Source: an uncultured Ruminococcus sp.
GTDB taxonomy: Bacteria > Bacillota > Clostridia > UBA1212
Assembly: GCA_902792515.1 (NCBI GenBank)
Contig: CADAZX010000001.1
Span: 4,177-68,176 of the forward strand
Length of the DNA stretch: 64,000 nucleotides
Direction of reading: 5' to 3'
The notes below the pieces were generated by a model that saw nothing but the letters and a program-made list of their open reading frames with translations, did not search any database and had not been told where the DNA came from. Positions 10,501 through 19,200 of the stretch are shown here, one piece after another (within the stretch, counting starts at the first letter, position 1; every line of letters starts with the position of its first letter). The translations under genes were made by a program, and so were the position numbers.

Positions 10501-10805
10501 TAGTCACCGACTACGGCCGCACTTACGAGATCACCTCTGACAAGCTGGTTCCCGTTGGTTCATCCAGCCCGAGCCGCTACTACGTCTTCCTAAACGAGGT
10601 CAATTTCGCCCGCCTGCGCAGCCGCTACGACGTCACGTTCCTGAACGCCTCCGACGAGCCTGTCAGCAGAACGTACTCCTACAGCGCCGCCTCCTACGCG
10701 CTCAAGCGGTTCGAAAACCCCTCGACGCCCGAGAACCTCCTCGCGCTTGTCGACCGCCTCATGAAGTTCGGCGCCTCGGTTGAGGCGTACGTCGCAACTA
10801 TGTAA
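7515..10805 (+). CDS. Secreted or membrane-anchored paralog of giant protein 1. It shares the N-terminal domain, beta-helix-like region and C-terminal domain, and has a single LBR repeat.
   Basis: N-terminal hydrophobic segment LWIIFAVCLLAALFVMAGTMIFA. Long collinear similarity to 620-7183 (e.g. LPAGNY..P.G.TLL.P.DD, WGYIYGSGSVVAE.G.T.YEAFQIKDWRGG, LYNDLSI.YK.NA). One repeat HTITWVINGEAETEEIEIGTVP....FAYNFAAW.P.PVEVTGDATYTAEF. Confidence 0.8.
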   Translation: MFRSNTTDKKAAVRGHGKSLWIIFAVCLLAALFVMAGTMIFADNYDPGISGLTVVAGGDASWSFASGKLTGTVSALVEQGCAGEKFTPQTGTYTFTNATAEERVLGFDYNLELNGGTVSVDGTSVTSPGTFNKVMQANEDVVISITSNAVDHKSTSIVISNIIFNPVGNVTVTFRPAVNGSYTVNGETITADTVKTFSNTETVALSATASSGYKIFGWKNETAGDYFSVFASLSKTFYDSITVCPEFIENASPVFKAGNQLFADLNDAVDFAVADGHDVVTLVSSGTLPAGNYTVPAGVTLLLPMDDSFNVVRGVPNIVYGSHSNPTAFRMLTMADGANLTVAGDLSVAGKLSATGQMGGWNGTPTGPAGRISMNEGSSITLENGSNLYCWGYIYGSGSVVAEAGSTVYEAFQIKDWRGGTASSDVIDYAFLFSQYYIQNVEVPLTIYSGASVMLYSSVNASSAAYPTGAGFIGTSGCLFNISSGYIVKDYIEASDRLQVDVYGDISVSPMTLTGLPMIESISTADTILPITSNLSIYIHSGTTSIAQNIELLPGVEFCVDSGAEVDVAEGKNVYAYDNDDWLNFTGNARFYVIGYSVANGTTTKRTAASLVDALIDVNGTLNVSGGLYTSLGGANITSSEGTGKVVFSSAVASEDATIYEMLNNSTQTEVTFNPARLHNGPDRADGIDEYTATLGSAAGTTFKYCKTCDIWDDSHTHTITWVINGEAETEEIEIGTVPTHETPVKASDSQFAYNFAAWFPTPVEVTGDATYTAEFAGYEIAPATDDANLKLNARTLYLYNDLSIVYKINASTITAGGFTDPYLICTINNRAVRVNGTLKTDEDHVDKYFFEFKNVNPQQMSTSVYTYVYATKNGALTRGTAMTTYSVRKYAENQLAKATTPAVLRTLLVDLLNYGTAAQVYSNHRTVDLANSTLTAEQLAYGSTELPELVSVSGQGPEIDSPSVAWKGVTLMLDKAVQIRLEIECADISGLKASVVTDYGRTYEITSDKLVPVGSSSPSRYYVFLNEVNFARLRSRYDVTFLNASDEPVSRTYSYSAASYALKRFENPSTPENLLALVDRLMKFGASVEAYVATM

Positions 10806-10832
10806 TTAATGGTTTTATAGTATAAGGGGGAG

Positions 10833-10877
10833 CCGCCCGGCCTTTGCGATCTGCGTTGGCCGGGCGGCGTTTTTTTG
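10833..10877 (+). terminator. Rho-independent terminator after giant protein 2
   Basis: GCCGCCCGGCC ... GGCCGGGCGGC inverted repeat followed by a T7 run. Confidence 0.8.
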
Positions 10878-10879
10878 AT

Positions 10880-11030
10880 TTAGGTTGGTGTTATTCTCCG
10901 GGTTGGTTGTTTTCTCCGGGTTGGTTGTTTTTTCCGGGTTGGCGGTATTCTCCGGATTGGTGGGCGGCGTTTTTCCTCTTGGTCGGCCGGGGCTTTTCGA
11001 CTTGGGCGGGCGGCGTTTTCGTTTTTTTGT
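10880..11030. repeat. Degenerate ~18-bp tandem repeats (GGTTGGTTGTTTTCTCCG-like, 4-6 units) plus repeated GGGCGGCGTTTT
   Basis: Seen directly: ggttggtgttattctccg / ggttggttgttttctccg / ggttggttgttttttccg / ggttggcggtattctccg / gattggtgggcggcgttttt. Confidence 0.7.
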
Positions 11031-11037
11031 ATTTCAC

Positions 11038-11117
11038 TAAATTTACCTATGAGGTAAATTTACACTTGACAATTGACTGGCGGCGTTGTATAATAGAATT
11101 AACCTGTGAGGTAAATT
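11038..11117 (+). promoter_or_regulatory. Consensus sigma-70-type promoter (TTGACA-17-TATAAT) bracketed by two palindromic operator-like sites, upstream of higB
   Basis: Perfect palindrome TAAATTTACC-TATGA-GGTAAATTTA (11038-11062). -35 TTGACA 11066-11071, 17-nt spacer, -10 TATAAT 11089-11094. Second imperfect palindrome AATTAACC-TGTGA-GGTAAATT (11098-11117). Confidence 0.75.
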
Positions 11118-11141
11118 CGGCCGGCCGGAGGTATTCTTTTA

Positions 11142-11438
11142 TTGGAGATTGCGTACAAGAATAATAAAATCCGGAAAACTTGCGCCGATGCCTCGTTTGC
11201 GGGTAAAAAATACGGTCAGGCGATGGCGGAAAAGCTTCAGCAGCGAATTGCAGAGATCAAAGCTTCGGAAAGTGTCGAGTTTATGATTCTCTATCACATC
11301 GGACGCTGCCACCCCCTCACCGGCAACAGAACCGGCCAATACGCGGTAGATTTAATTCATCCCTACAGACTTGTTTTTGAAAAAACGGAGGCGGCGGTTC
11401 ACATAGTGACAATACTTGAGGTTGTTGACTACCACTGA
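11142..11438 (+). CDS. higB: Type II toxin, HigB/RelE-ParE superfamily (plasmid-maintenance killer family)
   Basis: TTG start with GGAGGT RBS 8 nt upstream. Conserved HigB-like tail ...LTGNRTGQYAVDLIHPYRLVFEKTE.... Toxin-first gene order with the HTH antitoxin immediately downstream. Confidence 0.65.
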   Translation: MEIAYKNNKIRKTCADASFAGKKYGQAMAEKLQQRIAEIKASESVEFMILYHIGRCHPLTGNRTGQYAVDLIHPYRLVFEKTEAAVHIVTILEVVDYH

Positions 11439-11480
11439 TCAGCCCACTTATCAGCCCGTTCGAAGAGAGGAGAGATAGAA

Positions 11481-12572
11481 ATGGTGAGAAGTAAAACAAT
11501 AATTGCGACCCCGCCAGGTGCGACTGTCAAAGAGCAGCTCATAGACCGCGGAATGACGCAGAAGGAATTTGCTTCACGTATGGACATGTCCGAAAAGCAC
11601 ATCAGCAAGTTCATCAACGGTGAAGTCCGTTTGACCTCCGACGTTGCAATGCGTCTCGAAATCGTTCTCGGTATCCCCTCGTCTTTTTGGATGAATCTTG
11701 AAAGCATCTATCGCGAACGGCTCGTGATGGCCCAAATCGAGAGAGAAACCGAGGAGGACCTTGAAATCGTCAAAATGCTCCCATATGGCGAGATGGCAAG
11801 ACACGGCTGGGTTCCCGATACAAGGAAGCCCATAGAACGCGTCATTAACTGCCGCAAGTTTTTCGAAGTTGTCCGTTTGAATCTACTTAACGAATCCCTG
11901 ATTCCAAACATCGCGTACAGAAGAACCGGATCCATATCCGAAGCCGGTACCGGCAACCGTGCCGCAACCCGAAGCGACTATGCGCTGATTGCGTGGGCTC
12001 AAAAGGCCAAACTCTCCGCAAGGAAGATACGCACAGCGCAGATAGATATCGAAGCGCTCTCCTCTCGTCTTCCTTCAATTCGCGCCATGACTCTTGAGGA
12101 GCCCGACAAATTCTGCCCCGAACTCTGCGCATCAATGGCCGAGTGCGGCGTAGCACTTGTTTTTCTCCCGCATTTCGGCGGTTCTTTTCTTCACGGAGCG
12201 ACTTTCCGCGACAACAACAAAATAGTTGTCGGGCTGACACTGCGCGGAAGGGATTCCGACAAATTCTGGTTCAGCCTTTTCCACGAGCTCGGCCACATAG
12301 TGCTCGGCCATACAGAGCATGAGGGCGGCACAACACCTTCGGATGAACGCGATGCAGACATTTTCGCCCGCGACATTTTGATTCCCGAAAATGATTTCAA
12401 GCGGTTTGTTCTCGCCGGTCGCTTTGACAAAGCCTCAGTTCTCGCCTTTTCTGAATCGATTTCAATTGCACCCGGAATCGTCGTCGGTCGCTTGCAGAAG
12501 GAAAAATATGTCGACTACGGCTACCTGGAGGAGTTGAAAACAAAATACTCTTTCGAGCCCGCAGGAGCCTGA
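11481..12572 (+). CDS. higA: HigA-type XRE-family HTH antitoxin fused to a C-terminal ImmA/IrrE (COG2856) zinc-metallopeptidase domain
   Basis: RBS GAGAGGAGAG before ATG. N-terminus TPPGATVKEQLIDRGMTQKEFASRMDMSEKHISKFINGEVRLTSDVAMRLEIVLGIPSSFWMNLESIY matches HigA/VapI. C-terminus contains the HEXXH motif FHELGHIVLGH typical of ImmA/IrrE peptidases. Confidence 0.7.
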   Translation: MVRSKTIIATPPGATVKEQLIDRGMTQKEFASRMDMSEKHISKFINGEVRLTSDVAMRLEIVLGIPSSFWMNLESIYRERLVMAQIERETEEDLEIVKMLPYGEMARHGWVPDTRKPIERVINCRKFFEVVRLNLLNESLIPNIAYRRTGSISEAGTGNRAATRSDYALIAWAQKAKLSARKIRTAQIDIEALSSRLPSIRAMTLEEPDKFCPELCASMAECGVALVFLPHFGGSFLHGATFRDNNKIVVGLTLRGRDSDKFWFSLFHELGHIVLGHTEHEGGTTPSDERDADIFARDILIPENDFKRFVLAGRFDKASVLAFSESISIAPGIVVGRLQKEKYVDYGYLEELKTKYSFEPAGA

Positions 12573-12728
12573 AAGTCAGTTCACATCACGGCGTCCCCGC
12601 TCCGCATTTACTGCTCGCAGTTTCTGTCGTCCGGCACTGCTCCGGGTTCTGCTCCGTGGCACCACTTCGGGCACAACTACGTGGGCACTACTCCCGTTTC
12701 CGCGGAAATAAAAGAATCAGCGAAAGGC

Positions 12729-12765
12729 ATTTATTCCACAGGTTATTCCACGGGTTATTCCACGG
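12729..12765. repeat. Three tandem 12-bp repeats (GTTATTCCACGG), followed by an AT-rich putative promoter region
   Basis: tttattccacag gttattccacgg gttattccacgg seen directly. AT-rich ttaattaaatcatataatatattatgacataaatg follows. Confidence 0.6.
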
Positions 12766-12879
12766 TGCTCTTGCCGCCGTTGAATTTCGGTTAATTAAAT
12801 CATATAATATATTATGACATAAATGCTTGCCGGTTCGCATCAATCCTGATGAGTTCAAGGCGCTTTCCCGCAAAAGGAG

Positions 12880-13641
12880 TTGATCGTTTTGCTTCCATAC
12901 ATCAAAATCGGTTCGTTTTCGCTGCCGACCTACTACACGTTTATGTTTCTCGGCTACGTCGCGATGGTCGTGTTCATGATGCTTCCCGCGCGCCGCAAGC
13001 TCTACGGAATCGGCAAGCTAAAGGCGTTTTTGTTCGCGACCGCCGTTTTGTTCTGCGGCCTCCTCGGGTGCAAGATTCTGTACGTGATCGAGACCTGGCC
13101 CGAAACCCTCGAAAACGGTCTAACGCTCGGCGGCTTCTCCTTCTTCGGCGCCGCCCTCTTCGTGCCGCTCCTGATGATTCTCTTCGGTTTCGCGTTCAGA
13201 ATGAAAATCCGCGACACACTCGACAACTGCGCGATAAACGTCCTTGCGATGCTCGGGACGATCAGGATCGGCTGCTTCCTGAACGGCTGCTGCGGCGGCA
13301 GACCCATCGAGATGTTCGGCCGCACGGTCACCTTCCCCACGCAGATTATTGAAGCGATTCTCGACATCGGCGTCCTCGTGTGGCTCCTGACGATCGAACT
13401 CCGCGGCGAAAAGTCGACCCGCGGCACCCTCTATCCGCTCTTCTTGACCACGTACGGCGTGTACCGCTTCGTGATTGAGTTCCTGCGCGACACGCCAAAG
13501 GACTGGCTAAAACTGTCCCACGGCCAGTGGTTCTCAATTATCGCCGTGATTGCCGGAATCGTCTGGCTGGCGCTCAAAACCCGCTCCGCGAAAGCCCAAG
13601 GCACCTCATCCGGCGCGAAACCCTCAAAGAACCGTAAATAA
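12880..13641 (+). CDS. Prolipoprotein diacylglyceryl transferase (Lgt) family membrane protein, paralog of 1-597
   Basis: Multi-TM profile. IRIGCFLNGCCGG aligns to the Lgt signature. FPTQIIEA and RFVIEFLRD blocks are shared with the first paralog and with canonical Lgt. The start codon is uncertain (TTG at 12880 abuts the RBS; alternatives lie a few codons downstream). Confidence 0.6.
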   Translation: MIVLLPYIKIGSFSLPTYYTFMFLGYVAMVVFMMLPARRKLYGIGKLKAFLFATAVLFCGLLGCKILYVIETWPETLENGLTLGGFSFFGAALFVPLLMILFGFAFRMKIRDTLDNCAINVLAMLGTIRIGCFLNGCCGGRPIEMFGRTVTFPTQIIEAILDIGVLVWLLTIELRGEKSTRGTLYPLFLTTYGVYRFVIEFLRDTPKDWLKLSHGQWFSIIAVIAGIVWLALKTRSAKAQGTSSGAKPSKNRK

Positions 13642-13697
13642 TAACCGAAAAGGGCCTTCCGCAAAATCTGTCTGAAGAAGGCCCTGTTATATGCTGC

Positions 13698-13746
13698 GCG
13701 GCGCCGCTTGCCCTTTCACGATCAGCAAGCGGCGCCGCCCTATTTT
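13698..13746 (+). terminator. Strong GC hairpin terminator between the convergent Lgt-like gene and the GH gene
   Basis: GCGGCGCCGCTTGC ... GCAAGCGGCGCCGC followed by CCTATTTTT. Confidence 0.7.
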
Positions 13747-13823
13747 TAGGGAAAAATTAAATCAACTACAAGCCTTGCCTGTCAAAACGCCAAGGCACGT
13801 TTTTCAAAAAAGCTACGGGTCAA

Positions 13824-16142
13824 TTAAACCTCCCCCTCCAGACTGAACATCAAGGTCTCGCCGCGGGTCATTTTCACAACGATCTCGCTGACGTTTTCGC
13901 CGTAAAAACGTTTCTCGTACACCTCGAACGGGCTGCACGCCTTTTTGAGGTGTATCGTTTTTATGCCGGTGGTGGCGGCGTGGATCGTCAGAAAGCGTTC
14001 GTTGGCGAAAACGAAGTCGCCGTCGTCCTCATAGACGTGGCAGCCCGCGAGGCGGCCGACGGCGCGGTAGAAGTCCGCCGTGAGCCATTTCGCCGCGGTG
14101 AAGACGGTGGTGTGACCGTTTTCACGCCCGATACTGACGGCCGGCAGCTTTTCCTTGCAGAGAGTCGCCGCGGTCTCGAAGGCCGGGTCGTCGCACACGA
14201 ACAGCGGGTAGACCACGGAAGTCTGGGTGCCGAGGTACATGGCGCAGCCGTCCTGGACCTGCTTCGTTATCTGGCCGTAGACGGTTCCGGGGTCGCAGTC
14301 GGTCGCGAGCGGGCCGTCAGGGGCGATCTTGAACTTCGCGTACGAAGGGCTGTCGATGCGGCGCACCTTCATGCCGGTCAGGTCCTCAACGTACTTTTCC
14401 GAAAGCTGCGGCGTGCCGTCAGGGTCGATAAAGCCCTGCGCGTAAATAAACAGAGCCGTTTTGCCGTCGCGGCGCACCTTTGCCTTTATTTCGCGCCGCT
14501 CCTTTTCCGTGAGGCTGAAGCAGTTCACAAACACATAGAGCTTGTACTCGGGAAGGTCGTCCCGGGCGATGTCGTTGTGGTAGTAAAAGTCGGCGGGAAT
14601 GCCGGTGCGCGGTATCTCGAGGCAGCGGTTCAACTCGATCATCTGGAACAGAGTCGGCGCGGAAACGACGTGAACGGACTCCTCGTCGTAGAAGAAAGCG
14701 ACTTCGTTGTGCTTCGTGCGGTCGCCGTCGTAGAAGGCGCGCGCGATTTCCTGCTGGCGCTTGATAAGTTCAAAAATCCGCGGGTGCTTGAAGCGGCCGC
14801 GCTCGTACTGGTCGAACCACCAGGCGTGGATGTCCTGGCAGATGTCGCGTCCGAAATCGCGCTTCATGGTGGCGAGACTGTCCTCGATGTCGTACTGCTC
14901 CATATAGTCGCGCGCCCCTGCCCTGTCGCCCTCGCAAACGGTTCTCGTGTCGTCCTCGGAGAAAAACATCCGGCCGCGCAGGCGGAAAGAGTCCTGCATC
15001 ACACGCTGCGAAGCGTAGCCGCCTGGCTGACGTTCTATGTACACGTTCGGACAAGCGGTCATGTCCACAAAGCCGCTGTCGAGCATTTTAAGCGCACCGG
15101 CGCACATGCACATGTTGTAGTAGTCCAGGCAGCCGAAATAGCCGTAAAAGGCCCCTACGAGCGTCTCAGGGTATTCCCGCTTTATTTCGCGCGCGAAATA
15201 TATAATCGAGTCCGCCGCTCCGAGGTGAAACGCCCTGTAAAAGTCCGCGGTGCACCTGTACTTATCGGTGTTCAAAAACGACCCGACGTTGTTGTCTGTC
15301 ATGCGGTCCTGCCATCCGCCGTCAATCGGGAACCTCGAAACGATCGCGTCAACGTTCACGAACCCGCGCTCGAAAATGTCCGGAATGTGCGGGTTGTCGA
15401 TATCCGCCTCCGGGTCGTTCCACGCCTTCCTCAGGTTCTCGACGTTCCCGTAGCGCTCGCGCAGGTACCCTGAAAACGTCTGTCTGAACGCGGGGCTGAA
15501 GTCTCCGTAAAGATCGCACGGCGAAGGTCCCGGACACTCGTATCCCATATAGCCGCCCTTGTAAATGGTCAGCTGGTTGCTCGGGTACCACTCTGACGTA
15601 TTGCCGCCTGCGAGGAATACGCCGATGAAGTGATCCCTGTATGGCGTTTTGTCCAAATCGTGCAAAAAACCAAGCACGTGCCTCGTTGCCTCTTCGCGCC
15701 AGGCCTGCGAGTAGAGCGCGTACATGGCCGGGTAGTATCCGTTCCCGTAGCTCTCCGTTACCACGCGGCACGGAACCGTCCTGCCGTCCTGGTAGCGCAT
15801 CATCTCGTCCGGATGGTTTTCGAGCCACTCAACCGACGGGTGCACGCCCAGCCTCAAAAAGATTTTCGCGTCCGGCACCGCCTCCAAAAGCGTCTTCGTG
15901 TCGTCCAGCAACTGCTGAAACGCCCCCTCGTAAAGCCACTCCGGGTCGCAAATCAAAAAGAAAACCTCTATCCCGGCTTCTCCGAGCGCTTTTAGATACT
16001 CCTTGTCACGCGTGTGCGCATAAGCCGTGAACGCCATCGGCGGAATTATCCTGCCGTCCACCTCGACAGCGGGGCTTCCGTTGTGGCTGACAATCCGTGA
16101 TCTTATCATAAAAGCACCTGCTTTCAGGCAAAAATCATACAA
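13824..16142 (-). CDS. Glycoside hydrolase, TIM-barrel type (GH42/GH35-like beta-galactosidase family; family assignment tentative)
   Basis: 772-aa cytoplasmic protein with no signal peptide. Composition and motifs are typical of large GH TIM-barrel enzymes. It sits in a GH cluster. Confidence 0.4.
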   Translation of the reverse strand: MYDFCLKAGAFMIRSRIVSHNGSPAVEVDGRIIPPMAFTAYAHTRDKEYLKALGEAGIEVFFLICDPEWLYEGAFQQLLDDTKTLLEAVPDAKIFLRLGVHPSVEWLENHPDEMMRYQDGRTVPCRVVTESYGNGYYPAMYALYSQAWREEATRHVLGFLHDLDKTPYRDHFIGVFLAGGNTSEWYPSNQLTIYKGGYMGYECPGPSPCDLYGDFSPAFRQTFSGYLRERYGNVENLRKAWNDPEADIDNPHIPDIFERGFVNVDAIVSRFPIDGGWQDRMTDNNVGSFLNTDKYRCTADFYRAFHLGAADSIIYFAREIKREYPETLVGAFYGYFGCLDYYNMCMCAGALKMLDSGFVDMTACPNVYIERQPGGYASQRVMQDSFRLRGRMFFSEDDTRTVCEGDRAGARDYMEQYDIEDSLATMKRDFGRDICQDIHAWWFDQYERGRFKHPRIFELIKRQQEIARAFYDGDRTKHNEVAFFYDEESVHVVSAPTLFQMIELNRCLEIPRTGIPADFYYHNDIARDDLPEYKLYVFVNCFSLTEKERREIKAKVRRDGKTALFIYAQGFIDPDGTPQLSEKYVEDLTGMKVRRIDSPSYAKFKIAPDGPLATDCDPGTVYGQITKQVQDGCAMYLGTQTSVVYPLFVCDDPAFETAATLCKEKLPAVSIGRENGHTTVFTAAKWLTADFYRAVGRLAGCHVYEDDGDFVFANERFLTIHAATTGIKTIHLKKACSPFEVYEKRFYGENVSEIVVKMTRGETLMFSLEGEV

Positions 16143-16239
16143 TACACGGGCGCTTTCCGGGCCGGGCCGGTGTCCCGGCGCGGGATGCGCAAGCCATCCC
16201 GCAAAAGGCCCGCTTTTCCGGAAAGCGCCCGTTTCCTCT

Positions 16240-19200
16240 TTACTTTATTTCAAAAACATAGCTGCCGCTTAAGAGTTCAAGCGTCACAACGCCGCCCTCT
16301 TCGCTCAAAACTTTAACGCCTTCGACCTCGCCGAGAGACTTGCCCTGCTCTGTAATTTTCGAAGCGTCGGCGGCAGAGAGCGTGAGCGTCGCCTTAGTGT
16401 TGCTGGGAACCGTACAGCTGTACTTGACGATTTTGTCGTTTTCTGCCTCCCACGAGCTCTCGATTGTGCCTCTTACCGAAACGTACTTGCCCTCCGCGTG
16501 CGTGAGTCCGCCTCCCGCCGTCGGATTCAGGAAGAAGTGCGCAAACGCCGGGCTGTTTTCGTCCGCTTTGATACCGATCAGCGAATTGTAGATCCACTCA
16601 GTGACAGATCCGTACGAATAGTGGTTGAATGAGTTCATTCCCGCGTCACCGAATCCGTCCGCGAGCGTGTAGCTGTTCCAGCGCTCCCAGATCGTCGTCG
16701 CACCCTGTAGGATCGGGTACTTCCATGAAGGATACTCCTCCTGCTGAAGTAGTTTAAACGCCGTGTCAGTGTGCCCGAAGCGGCAGAGCGCCGGAAGAAG
16801 CAGCGGGCAGCCGATAAAGCCTGTCGTGAGTTTGTATCCATTCCTGACGATCTTGTCGTTCAGCCTGTCCGCCATCGACTGGCGCTTCTCCTCGGGAAGA
16901 AGATCAAACGCGAGCGCGATCGCGTACGCAGTCTGCGTGTCGTATCTCAGCCTCGTGTCGGATTTCACGAACTTTTCGTTCCATGCAGTGCGGTACTTCT
17001 CGGCCCTGTCGTTAAACTTCTGAGCGTCTTCCGTCTTGCCAAGAAGCGTCGCCATTTTTGCGAGGAGGTAGTTGTCATACGCGCAGTAGGCAGTGTCCGT
17101 TACCGCTTTGTCTGTCGACTCACCGATCGAGAGCCAGTCGCCGTACGCGCTGACGCTCCTGATGTACTTGCTGCTCGTCTGCACGAGGTAGTTCGAGTAG
17201 CGCTTCATATTGTCGTAGTATTTTTCAATGTACGACATGTCTCCGTATCTTACGTACATGATCCACGGAATAATGATTCCCGCGTCGCCCCAGGCGTTGT
17301 TTCCTGCCCCGCCGTAGTTCGCGCGTCCCGTTTCCGGCGCCACGTCAGGGTATGCTCCGTCGCTATGCTGGCAGTTGTTGAGGTCGGTGATGTACTTGTC
17401 GAAAAACGCCTTCACGTTCATGTTGTAAGCGGCTGTTCCGGCGAAAATCTGAGCGTCTCCCGACCAGCCCATGCGTTCGTCGCGCTGCGGGCAGTCTGTC
17501 GGCGTCGAAAGGAAGTTGCCACGCTGACCCCAGTACGTGTTGAGAATCAGCTTGTTCAAAAGCTCGTCCGAAGTCGTAACGCTTCCGGTGTCCTCCATAT
17601 CCGAATAGAGCACGAGCGCGGTAACGTTCTCAAGCGGCAACGGTTCGGAAAGTCCGGATATCTCAAGATACCTGAACCCGTGGAACGTAAACGTCGGCGT
17701 GTAGTTCTCGCCATCTTTACTGCCTTTAAAAGTATATCTGTCGGTCGCCTTCGCGGAACGCAGGTTGGCCACATAAATGCTGCCCTTCGGACCGTCGCTT
17801 CCCCTGCTTCCGTCATTGAGCATCTCCGCGTGGCGAAGTACTATCTCCGTTCCCGCCTTTGCGGTCATATTCTTGAGCTCCACAACGCCTGCGAGGTTCT
17901 GGCCGAAGTCGTAGATGTAGATGTTCTTCTTATATTTCGTAACCGAGACGGCGCCTACGCGGTCCATGACTTTGACCGTTCCCGAAACCTGCGGAACGAG
18001 CGTACCGATGTTGATGTCAGCCGCCTTGACCGTTGTTGCCTTCTGCCAGTTTTTCGCGTCGTATTGGGCCGTCGACCAGCCTTCCAGAGCGGCCTCGTCG
18101 CGCGCGTCGTAAGTTTCACCGTCGAAAATGTCGTTCGCCTTTATCGGCCCGACATCCGTAAGCTCCCAGTCGGATCCGGTTCCATACGTTTTCCTCGTGC
18201 CGTCCGCGTAGTCCACAACCAGCTTGCAGATGAATGCCGGCGCGGTTCCTCCGTACGGCGAGTACGCACCGATATACCAGCCTCTTCCAAGCACGGCGCC
18301 GATAACGTTCTCCGCGTTGCTTGCTATCGAATCCGTCACGTCGAAGCACTGGTACATGATTTCTTTCTGGTACTCGGACCTTCCCGGATCCAGCGCGCTG
18401 TCGCCTGCCTTAGCGCCGTTTACGTAGGCTTGATAAAGTCCCGCCGCCGACGCGAAAAGCTTTGCCGACGCGACGGTTCCCTCTGTCTTAAACTTGTATC
18501 TAACTGTAGGCGCCGACGCGCTTACGCCTGTCAGCGAAACGTTTTCGTACCACGGGGAGGCGCCGTACCTGTCCGCGAAATTCACCTTTTTATAGGCTTT
18601 TTCATCGGCATTTTCCGCAAACCACGAGCCCGAGGCTTTTTCCGCCGCAATCCAGCTTCCGTCCGTCACGATCTTGTCCTGCGTTCCGTCGGTGTAAACT
18701 ATTTTTACCGAGACAAGCAGTCCGGCGTAACCGAGACTCGAGTTATTGACTCTCGCAGCAATAACGTTCGTGCCTTTTTTGAGTGTGCCGGTTATCTCCT
18801 CGGTAAGGCCGCTCATCCACGTGTCCGTTCCTTCCTCAACGTTGAAGACCTGTTTCCCGTTGACGTACAGTTCGCCGCAGTCGTCAGCCGTGAACGCGAT
18901 AAATGCGCTTTCGATATCTTTTTTGATTTCAATCTTTTTCCGGAAATACTCCGTCTTCGCCGGAACCGTGCTCTGCGCGTCCCCGTTCATGAGCCATATC
19001 CAGTTTGCCCCTGAGATCGAAACTCCGCTGCCGGAGACAGTTATCCACTCCGCTCCGTCAAACCCGGTCTCGGTCAGCGCCGTATCGAACCACGCGGTCG
19101 GCGACACGTAGCTCTCGCCAGATTCACAAGTAACGGAAACGTTCCAGAAATATCTTGTCGCCTCTTTGAGAGTGCCTTCGCTTCCGCCGTATTTCACCGC

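Noticed and set aside
10844-11164. 106-aa ORF (SPGWLFSPGWLFFPGW...)
   Set aside because: Translation of the 18-bp tandem repeats and the promoter/operator region. It overlaps the higB promoter.
13950-15473. 507-aa plus-strand ORF
   Set aside because: Antisense to the 772-aa glycoside hydrolase. GC-driven open frame with Arg/Val/Ala-rich composition.
16771-19014. 747-aa plus-strand ORF
   Set aside because: Antisense to the GH78 rhamnosidase gene. Arg-rich nonsense-like composition. The sense gene has clear family motifs and a lipobox.
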